DNA of 15,269 nt from an uncultured archaeon. Its GTDB lineage: Archaea > Asgardarchaeota > Jordiarchaeia > Jordiarchaeales > Jordiarchaeaceae. The notes beneath the pieces are model-generated. The model searched no databases and had not been told where the DNA came from. It saw only the letters and a list, made by a program, of their open reading frames with translations. A program made the translations under genes and the position numbers. This document shows positions 1 to 8,093 of the stretch, piece by piece. Each line of letters begins with the position of its first letter. Position 1 is the first letter of the stretch. The stretch covers positions 1 to 15,269 of the forward strand of contig CAZECW010000006.1 of the NCBI GenBank assembly GCA_964510585.1, given 5' to 3'.

Positions 1-138
1 CCCCATGAGGGTGCCAACATAGACGCCGTTCCCTTAAGGGAAGGGCGTGCTAACTGGGTGATGGCACACCCATTGCTTCGAAGGCTCCCGATGAGCCAGA
101 AGCAAGAATCTCCCGACTTTAGTCGCGGAGAGTGTCAA
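1..138 (+). mobile_element. 3' part of an IS200/IS605 (IS608-type) element: omegaRNA-like scaffold plus right end; truncated by the window start
   Basis: Matches 8793-8926 except for 3 substitutions and a 4-nt indel. Right-end guide GAAT (106-109), imperfect hairpin CTCC-CGAC-TTTA-GTCG-C-GGAG (110-130) and terminal TCAA (135-138). Whether this copy is a MITE or a full IS cannot be seen. Confidence 0.9.
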
Positions 139-158
139 ATATTTCAACTAAATATGTT
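1..158 (+). ncRNA. putative TnpB omegaRNA (reRNA) scaffold plus flank-derived guide, copy 1 (5' end outside window)
   Basis: Stacked stems ACGCC/GGCGT and TTCCC/GGGAA (23-48), GGGTG/CACCC (56-71), GCTTC/GAAGC plus GGCTC/GAGCC (75-103), ending at the RE TCAA. omegaRNAs of IS200/IS605 tnpB elements are known to occupy this position. Expression is not shown. Confidence 0.55.
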
Positions 159-246
159 CTCTCTTTAACTTCTCATCCTTCCCGAAAGACTAAAGGGGTT
201 CTCTTTAAAATTATTTATGTTCTTGTTGGAAAAGTTTTGATTATCA

Positions 247-266
247 ATGCTTTATTGGTAAAGCAT
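247..266. repeat. perfect 8-bp inverted repeat ATGCTTTA-ttgg-TAAAGCAT
   Basis: Read directly from the sequence in an intergenic region; function unknown. Confidence 0.6.
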
Positions 267-452
267 CTTTGTTTTACGCTACCCTCTGAGGCATTGTAGC
301 GGCAAACTTTTCTTAGAGGGTTTTTCACCTTTCCTTGGCTGTTAATTTGGCAAAATAAAGAAGAACAAGACTTTTGGTATATAATAGCGGGGTTGAAAAT
401 TTAAAAAAAGAGGTTTTTGAAAAAGTATTTTTGTGTGAAACGTTTCACTATT

Positions 453-656
453 TTACTTTCTTACTATTAGGTAAATAATTAGTCCTATAATGCCCAGAAG
501 TATGACGATTATGAGCCATAGGGCGCCATTCTCGCCCCTGGATTCAGCGTCTCTGTAGACCCAGATTGCCAGTACGATGGCTATAATGCACCAGATAATC
601 ACTACGATCCAGTAAATCATCATTGCTGCTTCCAAGCCAAATTGTAGTGGAATCAT
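453..656 (-). CDS. small two-TM membrane protein, PLDc_N (phospholipase D/cardiolipin synthase N-terminal)-like
   Basis: 67 aa with the pattern WVYRDAESRGENGALWLIIVILLGIIGLIIYL; AGGAGG SD (664-669) 7 nt before the ATG. Confidence 0.75.
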   Translation of the reverse strand: MIPLQFGLEAAMMIYWIVVIIWCIIAIVLAIWVYRDAESRGENGALWLIIVILLGIIGLIIYLIVRK

Positions 657-886
657 TCACTTTCCTCCTTTATGTACATTGGTTTTATGAATTGTTTTAC
701 TTTATATTTAAATATTTCTAATAAATTCGAGCATTTTGTATGTTATCCCTTGATACTTTTTAAAAATATTTAAAATTAATTAAATATCACTAACATAATT
801 AACATACATATAGGCTAAACCTAATTAATCCTAACCTTCTAATTCCCTCAGAGATTTGAAATCAGCCCAATATTCGGGGTGAAATT

Positions 887-1792
887 TTGAAAATTATCCC
901 TTTAGCCTTTGAAAGCCTCGGAACCAGAAGTATGGCGACTCTTGTTGAAACCGTGGATTGTCGAATTGTTATTGACCCCGGTGTGGCTCTCGGACCTTGG
1001 AGATACGGTCTGCGCCCCCACGAATTAGAATTGGAGAGACTCTCACAGCACTGGAGGGAAATTAAAACCCACTCCCAGAATTCCGATGTGCTAGTTATCA
1101 CCCACTACCATTACGATCATCATAATCCAAGAGAGCCCCAAATATTTCGCGACAAAATCGTTCTCTTAAAGCATCCGGAAAAGAACATAAATTTCAGCCA
1201 GAAGAGAAGGTCTGCATATTTCCTAAAACAGATAGAGGGTTTACCCAGAGAAATTCTTTATTGCGATGGGAAATCCTTCGAATTTGGCAATACCACCATA
1301 ACCTTTTCTCAACCAGTCTTCCACGGAATTGATTCCAAGCTGGGATATGTAACTGAGGTTGCCATTAAAGAAGGGAAGGACGTGTTTCTACACACCTCAG
1401 ATATAGAGGGACCCAGCCTCAAAGACCAAACCTTATTCATAATTGAGAACGACCCCAACACCATTTTCTGTGACGGTCCCCTAACCTATATGCTTAACAC
1501 CAACTATCCACTCAGAAGCCTGCAGGATTCAATCCAGAACATAATGGAAATAATTGATAAAACACGCGTCAAAAAATTCGTTTTAGACCACCACTTTCTG
1601 AGAGACATCCAGTGGAAAGAAAGAATAAAAGACTTATTTCCATTCGCTGAATCTAGGGGACTAGAAATCATAAGCGCCGCGGAATTTAAAGGCTTAAAAA
1701 AGGATCTCCTGGAAGCCAGAAGAAAAGAACTATGGGAAACAGTACCCCAAACGCAAACGAGTTATCAAGACTTAGACATGTTCACAGAATAA
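887..1792 (+). CDS. UPF0282-family (COG2248-like) metallo-beta-lactamase-fold hydrolase
   Basis: N-terminus LAFESLGTRSMATLVET..IDPGVALGP; metal motif THYHYDHH; later HG, SD and DHH ligands; TTG start. Confidence 0.88.
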   Translation: MKIIPLAFESLGTRSMATLVETVDCRIVIDPGVALGPWRYGLRPHELELERLSQHWREIKTHSQNSDVLVITHYHYDHHNPREPQIFRDKIVLLKHPEKNINFSQKRRSAYFLKQIEGLPREILYCDGKSFEFGNTTITFSQPVFHGIDSKLGYVTEVAIKEGKDVFLHTSDIEGPSLKDQTLFIIENDPNTIFCDGPLTYMLNTNYPLRSLQDSIQNIMEIIDKTRVKKFVLDHHFLRDIQWKERIKDLFPFAESRGLEIISAAEFKGLKKDLLEARRKELWETVPQTQTSYQDLDMFTE

Positions 1793-1840
1793 CCCTTATT
1801 CAAAAACCATGAAGTGCGGAGCCTGGACAGGTACATTTTT

Positions 1841-2584
1841 TTAAGGTTGATTCCTGTTTTTTAACTCTTTTTTAATTGACTTTGATAGTTTATGGGCTTG
1901 CCTTATTGGTTCTGGTAGGCGGAGCTTTGAGGTCTCCAACACAATATTTACAGCTGTTTCAAGAGATATCTTGTGACCCACACTGACATAAACTGGTTTC
2001 TTTTCAGTTTTTGTAGTGACTGCGGCCCCCACCACTCGCCCCTCCAGCGTAACTAGTGAGTATTTTTCTTCTCCCTTTTTTGGGGACACTTGGCCGCAGA
2101 GCAGAGTTTTGGCCACTCCAATTGTTGGTGCATCCATTAGAATTCCAAAGTGTGACGCGGCTCCAAGGAGATAGGGATGCAGTCTACCATTGGAGTCCAC
2201 CATAAACAAGTCCACACTGCTCTCCAAACTCTTAGCAACCCTCAACATGGGGGGTGTCTCTCGAAAAGAGAGGAGAGTTGGTATATACGGGAATGAGACC
2301 TCCTCATAGATCACCTTCTCCTCCAATACCTGCAAATTCCTTAGATCCAAAACAACCCCACACGCAATCGCAGTATTCTTATAGTATGATACGTCTAAGC
2401 CGCAGATATTCTCAATTTTGTCAAAGCAATCCTCCTCCACAACCTGTGAAGCTAGTTTCCTCTGAAGTTTCCTCGCCTCCTCCAGCGTCAAACCAATCTT
2501 AGCCAAATCCTCATCCAAACGGCTCCCCCTCTTTAGACTTCCGGAACCCAAACCAAAAACCTCTCCTACTAAAGCCCTAACCAC
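1841..2584 (-). CDS. nfi: endonuclease V (deoxyinosine 3'-endonuclease)
   Basis: Motifs GLDVSY, FPYIPTLLSFRE, DSNGRLHP, GAASHFG, PTIGVAK, PVYVSVGH, RLPEPIRQAH. Start codon uncertain (GTG 2584 or a later one). Confidence 0.93.
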   Translation of the reverse strand: MVRALVGEVFGLGSGSLKRGSRLDEDLAKIGLTLEEARKLQRKLASQVVEEDCFDKIENICGLDVSYYKNTAIACGVVLDLRNLQVLEEKVIYEEVSFPYIPTLLSFRETPPMLRVAKSLESSVDLFMVDSNGRLHPYLLGAASHFGILMDAPTIGVAKTLLCGQVSPKKGEEKYSLVTLEGRVVGAAVTTKTEKKPVYVSVGHKISLETAVNIVLETSKLRLPEPIRQAHKLSKSIKKELKNRNQP

Positions 2585-2689
2585 CTACCAAACCACTACC
2601 ATCATACAATTATCTATGGTGGGACTATTTTAAAATTTCCAAAAATAAAAGAAGAATATCAAAAAATGATGGTTTTTAGTTTTTGATAC

Positions 2690-4480
2690 CTATAACCATA
2701 ACACCACGGCGGGAGGGAAGAATACAAAGGGAGTTAGTGCCAGAACTTGGTAGGTTATGCTGTTTTTTTGCCCAAGGGACATAATCCACACTCCTTGGAG
2801 ATCCCCTACCACTGCCAAACTATTAATGGGTTTAAAGTCCTGCAGCCAAACAAGGTGGGGACTCATATCTTGACCAACACACTCCACCGTCACCCTCACA
2901 TTCCAGTAATAAACTGGCAGCAGGGTGGAGCCCAAAGGTATAAGGTAGACGCCGTCGGGATAGGCGAAAGTGTAAGGCCACTTGGCAAAAACTACGTGCT
3001 TAGACCAAGATGATGTGTCATTAATCTGGTGGAAGGCGTCAAAAGCATTAAGCAGTCCATATCCTGAAGCGGGGTCCCAACCGGGAAGTAGTATGTCATT
3101 CATTGTGGCGGATCTAATTATGGCTGCCCTTATCCTGAGAGACCACTCATCCCTCGGTATGTTGAGTTCCTTGCAGGTTTGGGCAAGCATCGCGCAAACC
3201 CCCGCAGTTGTGGGGCCGGCTAGACTGGTGTGTCCACTAGTGGATGGGGATAGAACTTCGGGTTTGGGTTGTCCATCCCAAGTGGGTCCGAAACTGGTAA
3301 TGGTTGATGGAAGACCGTATTTGTTAGCAGCTCCTGATGTGACGGCGAACTCAGCGTTACCGGGATTTGAAACTGATTTTATCCTATTGGCGTTGTTTCC
3401 TACAGCTAGGCACACCACTATTCCGCAGTATAGTTGGATATAATTTATCATTTCTGTGAGGGTTTGGCTCATGCGGATGGGGTTATCTGTTCCATCACTA
3501 AAATTGATTACTGTGATGTTGTACTTGCCTCGGTTAGCCACGCACCAAGCCATCCAATACATGAGGGTCATGGGGTCGTAGCTGAAATCCCAATCAATAA
3601 CCCTGATGTCAATTATATTGGCACCCTTTGCCACTCCCCTACCTTCACCCCCTGCGGCGGCGCCGGCGCAGGCAGTGCCATGATTCACTCCGTAGGGATG
3701 AATATCTGGAACTGGATCATAGGTAGTGTTAATGGTGTCAAAAATAATTCCTGTAGAGCCCTCAATATTTAGAATTACTTCCCCTACGCCTTCTTTGTAA
3801 AAGTGGCCTCCGGGAATTTCAAACTCCTTATCATCTATTCCCGCATCTAGAAATGCTATGCTTACACCCTGACCCGTAATATTTACATCGTTAATCTTAA
3901 GGTTCCAGACTTCTGGGGCGTGGGTTAACTCTACCCACCACCTGATTATCTGCTGTTGCTCTATATCTTCTGCCTGAGGTTCCCCCTCCTTGTCTAGAAA
4001 GCTCATGGTTTGGATAATGTTTTGTGTTTCGTTGACAATGTTTGGGGAGAGTTGCTGCTTGAAGTTGTTTTCCACATACAGTATTTTGTCGCGGTAATTC
4101 TTGGTAAATTCCTCTAATTTATCGTATCCCTGAATTTCGCAGGACAATATGTGAATGTCTCCCAAGTTTACAAGGAAGGGTTCACCATTGGCGTTCCTCT
4201 TTATTTTGAGGTATGTGAGGTTCTCCAGCTCCTCTACCATGCTTGCGTTAAGGTAGTCCTTGAAGCGTATTGTTATGGGGATCCACTCACCATCTAGGCT
4301 TTTTGCCATTTGTTTAATTTTTGGATCGATAATCCAGTTAGAGTCTACGCTGGGGCTTGGAAACTGAACTACAAATGGGATTGCGGGAGGTGAGGAAATT
4401 GAAGGGTGAACTACCAATAAAAAGAAGCTCAGAATTAGGAGGGCGGCCATCACTTTTTTGGGTATGTTTAACTTAGTCAA
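2690..4480 (-). CDS. secreted subtilisin-like S8 serine peptidase (signal peptide, propeptide, catalytic domain, C-terminal extension)
   Basis: Hydrophobic N-terminus; catalytic Asp FLDAGID, His NHGTACAG, oxyanion Asn AVGNN, Ser HTSLAGP; WDPASGYGLLNA. Start is TTG 4480 or ATG 4450. Confidence 0.9.
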   Translation of the reverse strand: MTKLNIPKKVMAALLILSFFLLVVHPSISSPPAIPFVVQFPSPSVDSNWIIDPKIKQMAKSLDGEWIPITIRFKDYLNASMVEELENLTYLKIKRNANGEPFLVNLGDIHILSCEIQGYDKLEEFTKNYRDKILYVENNFKQQLSPNIVNETQNIIQTMSFLDKEGEPQAEDIEQQQIIRWWVELTHAPEVWNLKINDVNITGQGVSIAFLDAGIDDKEFEIPGGHFYKEGVGEVILNIEGSTGIIFDTINTTYDPVPDIHPYGVNHGTACAGAAAGGEGRGVAKGANIIDIRVIDWDFSYDPMTLMYWMAWCVANRGKYNITVINFSDGTDNPIRMSQTLTEMINYIQLYCGIVVCLAVGNNANRIKSVSNPGNAEFAVTSGAANKYGLPSTITSFGPTWDGQPKPEVLSPSTSGHTSLAGPTTAGVCAMLAQTCKELNIPRDEWSLRIRAAIIRSATMNDILLPGWDPASGYGLLNAFDAFHQINDTSSWSKHVVFAKWPYTFAYPDGVYLIPLGSTLLPVYYWNVRVTVECVGQDMSPHLVWLQDFKPINSLAVVGDLQGVWIMSLGQKNSITYQVLALTPFVFFPPAVVLWL

Positions 4481-4815
4481 TTCAAGTCTTGCTCCGGAGC
4501 ATTCTTCAACTTTTAGTGGTTGTTCCCTTGGATGTTTTTACGTTGAATTGTCACCGGTAAGAGAATGGATAAACTAATATTTCTTTTTACTTTTAAACAA
4601 TACGCTATTTTTTAATGCTGCAGTTGTGGGGGCTGAGGCCGTCTTTTCGGAGTGTTTTTTTGTTTTGTTTTATGCGGCTATTGGGGTTTTCAGCTCCCAA
4701 ATATGATTGATAGTAATTTTTTATTTATGAAAATATGAACGAAAAGTATAAATAGGGGAGCGTAATTAGATTGAGTCCATAAAAATACACATTGCGACTA
4801 TCCGAGAGTGCCGCC

Positions 4816-5577
4816 ATGAAACTTACCCGAGCAACATACACCATTAAACAATCAAAGCTCACAATAGAAACAGATAAACCCTCCTCCATAAAGCTTGCCA
4901 TCCACTCCATAAAAAGAAACAGAGAACTATTAGAAGAATACATCCAAAAGAATCCCGAATTTCTAACATCCTTCGAACCCCTAGAAGTCAGAGACGCCCC
5001 CAAAATTGTAAACATCATGGCGGAAGCGGCTTTTGAGGCAGGGGTAGGCCCCATGGCTGCGGTTGCCGGAGCCCTAGCAGACCTAGCGGTTGACGCCATG
5101 CTGGTAGAGGCCAAGGTGGCTGTGGTGGAAAATGGTGGTGAAATATCCGCAAACTCAGACACCCCCATCGTGGTAGGCTTACTGGCAGGAACTTCCACAT
5201 TATCCGGTAAAATTGGGTTCCATTTAAAGCCCAAGGATTTCCCCATAGGTATTGGTACAAGCTCTGGAACTGTGGGACACGCAATAAGTTTCGGGGAGGC
5301 GGATGCCGCAACCATTATTGCTGATAGTGCCGCTCTAGCAGATGCTGCTGCTACTGCAGTGGGAAATGCGGTTCAGGGAGAAGACTACGAAAAATCTGTA
5401 CAAAAGGGTTTGGAAACTGCGGAAGCTATTCGGGGAGTAAGAGGCTCACTTATCATAAGGGGCGAGTATGCGGGAATGGTGGGCAAACTCCCCCAACTTG
5501 TGAAAATTGAGGGAGAAGCTTGGAAGAGCTTGAAAAATGTTCAGGATTATCTCCCACCAAAAATCAAATTCATATAA
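4816..5577 (+). CDS. UPF0280 family ApbE-like protein (COG2122-type)
   Basis: GPMAAVAGA, ENGGEI and GTSSGTVGHAISFGEADAATIIADSAALADAAATAVGN. ATG 4816 is preferred over TTG 4792. Confidence 0.88.
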   Translation: MKLTRATYTIKQSKLTIETDKPSSIKLAIHSIKRNRELLEEYIQKNPEFLTSFEPLEVRDAPKIVNIMAEAAFEAGVGPMAAVAGALADLAVDAMLVEAKVAVVENGGEISANSDTPIVVGLLAGTSTLSGKIGFHLKPKDFPIGIGTSSGTVGHAISFGEADAATIIADSAALADAAATAVGNAVQGEDYEKSVQKGLETAEAIRGVRGSLIIRGEYAGMVGKLPQLVKIEGEAWKSLKNVQDYLPPKIKFI

Positions 5578-5594
5578 AAGGGGAGCGAACAAAA

Positions 5595-6155
5595 ATGGTT
5601 CCCGGAAGGCAGGACAGGTTAATCCTAGAAGTAGAAGGCGGAAACATTTCCACCCCCTCAGACATATTAAGCATCGTTGAACACATTAAAAATAGTAAGA
5701 GGAGGGAAGTCCTCGTAGTAGTCACTGGATCTGGAAACCTTCCGAAGCAGATAACCAGTGTGGCTTCTCAGTCATCCTCTAACCAGATGGTTTTTCCAGA
5801 AGAGGATGAAATCCTAGCCCTCGAGCATCTCTTGGGAGCACAACTCATAACTGCTGCGCTGAAATCCAAAAAAATAAACGCCACCTACATTGATCCATTC
5901 CAATACACTCCAATAAGGACGATGGGAAACTCTGGCAGCCCACAAATATCAGAAACTGAAACAGTGAGAGAAGTTAAAAACACAGTTGGCTCCAAACTCA
6001 CAAATAACATAGTAGTTATGTGTGGATTGGTTGGAAAAAATGAGCAGGGAAAAATAACCATAATCAGGGACGATAGGGAGAAAATATTCACAATTTTGAA
6101 AAAGGCCCTTAAGACCCCGCTGCATAAAAAACTATCATACTCCAACGCATCATAG
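5595..6155 (+). CDS. aspartokinase-like (amino-acid-kinase fold) N-lobe-only protein with degenerate catalytic motifs
   Basis: Segment order follows aspartokinase: LEVEGG (KFGG position), VLVVVTGSG (VVVVSAMG), DEILALEHLLGAQLITAAL (D.LLS.GE.LSA.L), YIDP, VVMCGLVGKNEQGKITII (VV.GFIG...G.ITTL). AAGGGGA SD before ATG 5595. Confidence 0.7.
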   Translation: MVPGRQDRLILEVEGGNISTPSDILSIVEHIKNSKRREVLVVVTGSGNLPKQITSVASQSSSNQMVFPEEDEILALEHLLGAQLITAALKSKKINATYIDPFQYTPIRTMGNSGSPQISETETVREVKNTVGSKLTNNIVVMCGLVGKNEQGKITIIRDDREKIFTILKKALKTPLHKKLSYSNAS

Positions 6156-6281
6156 ATGAACAAGTTTAAGAACCATTCAGCCTTTTTTGGTGTCAAATTA
6201 CTGGTTTGAAACTTTTTGGGCTCATAAAATTTGTAGGGTCCTCGGTGGGGGAATAGCTAGGCTGTTCAGCGAGTTTTTGGT

Positions 6282-7226
6282 TTAGATTCTGATTTCTTGC
6301 CTTGTAGCTCTTTTTCTTCTCCTTCTCTCAGGTTTCTTATTCTCCTTGTATGGGCATGCCAGTATCTCGTTGACCTTTTCTTGAACGTCTGGGGGAAGCT
6401 CTTTGTTGGCTATAGCGTAGACTTTCGCAATTACTAGCAGGTCTGATTGTGAGATGTCTGGGTTGCTTGACCAGCCTGAAGAAGCCAGAATCATACATAC
6501 CTTCTCTTTTTTAACGCAGTCCCTCTCACATTCATCACATTGAATCGGCTGAAGGTAGACTTCACCGGTTCTCAGATCAACAGTCCATATGGCTCTCTCA
6601 TCTCTCAAAATAACCTCGTCGTTCTCTGTGCAGAATCCCATTGCTTCCAATACTTCCCTAATTAGGGGGACGTTTAACGGGATTGTTGCGAGGTTCTCCA
6701 GTTTCCTCCGGCTCAGAAGCTGAGCGTAGGGTGGAAGGGTACTATAGGAAAGCCTCAGGTAGAGGGGTTCACTCCTTCTTTCAAATATCCTCTCTGAAAG
6801 AATCTTTAAGCTTTCAATAGGATCCTCGATGTAACTGTCGCCATACTCTATGAAAAGTTCTTGGGGGCTTCTCTCATCCACAATGATGACCAGTACTGGG
6901 ATTTTTCCACAGTGTTTGTAAATCTCTTCGATGTATTTGGGCGCCTCTCCCTCCACACGCCTAGTTAGGAGAACTATAGCTCCATAGGCTCCCTTGAAGT
7001 AGTGGTGAAACATGGACTTAAAAGGCGGAGAATCATAAACGTCCCAGATTTGAATCTTAACCATTCTGCCCTTAACATTAATTACATTCACCTGCAGGCT
7101 AACACCCACAATGGATTTAAAACACTCCAAAAAATAGCTATTAGAATCCATGGATAAAAGGAAACGATCCTTAACCTCCTCACGGGGACCAACAACCAAA
7201 ACCTTAAAAACAAACTCTGAACTCAA
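6282..7226 (-). CDS. Rab/Ras-like small-GTPase-fold protein with degenerate G boxes, fused to a C-terminal Cys-cluster domain and polybasic tail
   Basis: FKVLVVG...SIVGVSL...VKIQIWD...PFKSMFHHYFKGAYGAIVLL follows the Rab consensus. TTG 7226 after a GGGAGTGG SD-like motif is preferred over the track start 7283, which overlaps the upstream gene. Confidence 0.8.
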   Translation of the reverse strand: MSSEFVFKVLVVGPREEVKDRFLLSMDSNSYFLECFKSIVGVSLQVNVINVKGRMVKIQIWDVYDSPPFKSMFHHYFKGAYGAIVLLTRRVEGEAPKYIEEIYKHCGKIPVLVIIVDERSPQELFIEYGDSYIEDPIESLKILSERIFERRSEPLYLRLSYSTLPPYAQLLSRRKLENLATIPLNVPLIREVLEAMGFCTENDEVILRDERAIWTVDLRTGEVYLQPIQCDECERDCVKKEKVCMILASSGWSSNPDISQSDLLVIAKVYAIANKELPPDVQEKVNEILACPYKENKKPERRRRKRATRQEIRI

Positions 7227-7254
7227 GAGATAACCACTCCCCACCGGCCCCTTT

Positions 7255-7452
7255 TCAGCCTCCCGCAATACGGGGCAAAACAATCACAAGGCTACCCTCA
7301 TCAACAAGTGATTCAGAATCCGCCTTCCTGCCATCGACAATAACCGTAAAGTAGTCCTTACTGACCCCTAACTCTGCAAGAAGTTCCCCAACCCTAATAC
7401 TTCTTTTACTAACAAACTTCAACAAACCTAACTTTCCTGAACTTTCACTCAT
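7255..7452 (-). CDS. ThiS/MoaD/SAMP-type ubiquitin-like (beta-grasp) protein with C-terminal GG
   Basis: 65 aa with VGELLAELGV..VIVDG...LVDEGSLVIVLPRIAGG-stop. Confidence 0.9.
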   Translation of the reverse strand: MSESSGKLGLLKFVSKRSIRVGELLAELGVSKDYFTVIVDGRKADSESLVDEGSLVIVLPRIAGG

Positions 7453-7658
7453 AGCTCACAAGTCCACCAAAAACCAGTAATACCCAATAAAATCATAATG
7501 ACAGAAAATATAAGCTTTATGTCAAAAGCAATCCAAAAACAAAAAACCCACAAAAACATTAAAATAACACCCCTAAATTGGCGGTGCATCCCAAACCTTA
7601 AATTAAAAAATAAGGCAAAAAATAACAAAAAGACCAAAAAATTGGGAAAAAAATACAT
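7449..7658 (-). CDS. possible small hydrophobic membrane protein
   Basis: 69-aa very hydrophobic ORF whose TGA overlaps the Ubl ATG (ATGA, 7449-7452). It lies in a T-rich low-complexity stretch, so it may be spurious. Confidence 0.4.
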   Translation of the reverse strand: MYFFPNFLVFLLFFALFFNLRFGMHRQFRGVILMFLWVFCFWIAFDIKLIFSVIMILLGITGFWWTCEL

Positions 7659-8093
7659 TCAGCCTCACATTATACTTCCGCCCACACCACCTCACCAGCC
7701 TCATAAAATTAGCTGAAAGACAACCACCACACTTCAAGCAGACCAAACCCTATCAGCAACAGTTCTGCTACCCAACTCTCATTTACCCCCAGGAAAAGAA
7801 GACCCCTTTTCCAGTGTCTAATCCACTATTACATAATGCTCGACAAGAAAGCGCGCGCTGTAAATAAATGGTGATATGAATTGAATTTATAGTATAGCCA
7901 CATACTTTATTATTCCAAAATTTGTGTGCAGATTCAAATAGTGTTGAAAAATATGAGAGTATTGTAATACGATTTTTCTGGAATGGAGGGAATCTATGGT
8001 GTTATAAGGCATTTTGAACATTTATGCCCATTAATCTATTATTATGGAGATAAATTACAATAATAGGGGAATTTTAACTATTTTTGAGGGAAT

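Noticed and set aside
6155-6282. Frameshifted continuation of the aspartokinase-like gene
   Set aside because: No TDVDG/ADP-lobe-like sequence was seen downstream; the gap is short and T-rich before the convergent gene.
7498-7716. Lys-rich 72-aa plus-strand ORF
   Set aside because: A by-product of the A-rich low-complexity strand, antisense to the 7449-7658 ORF.
7603-7746. 47-aa minus-strand ORF (TTG start) containing CLKCGGC upstream of the Ubl operon
   Set aside because: Short, in a compositionally skewed region, overlaps the 7449-7658 ORF, and has no recognisable family; cannot be supported without homologues.
7960-8062. 9-bp inverted repeat TATTGTAAT / ATTACAATA upstream of the AbrB gene (possible operator)
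   Set aside because: The arms are about 85 bp apart in very AT-rich DNA, so this is plausible by chance.
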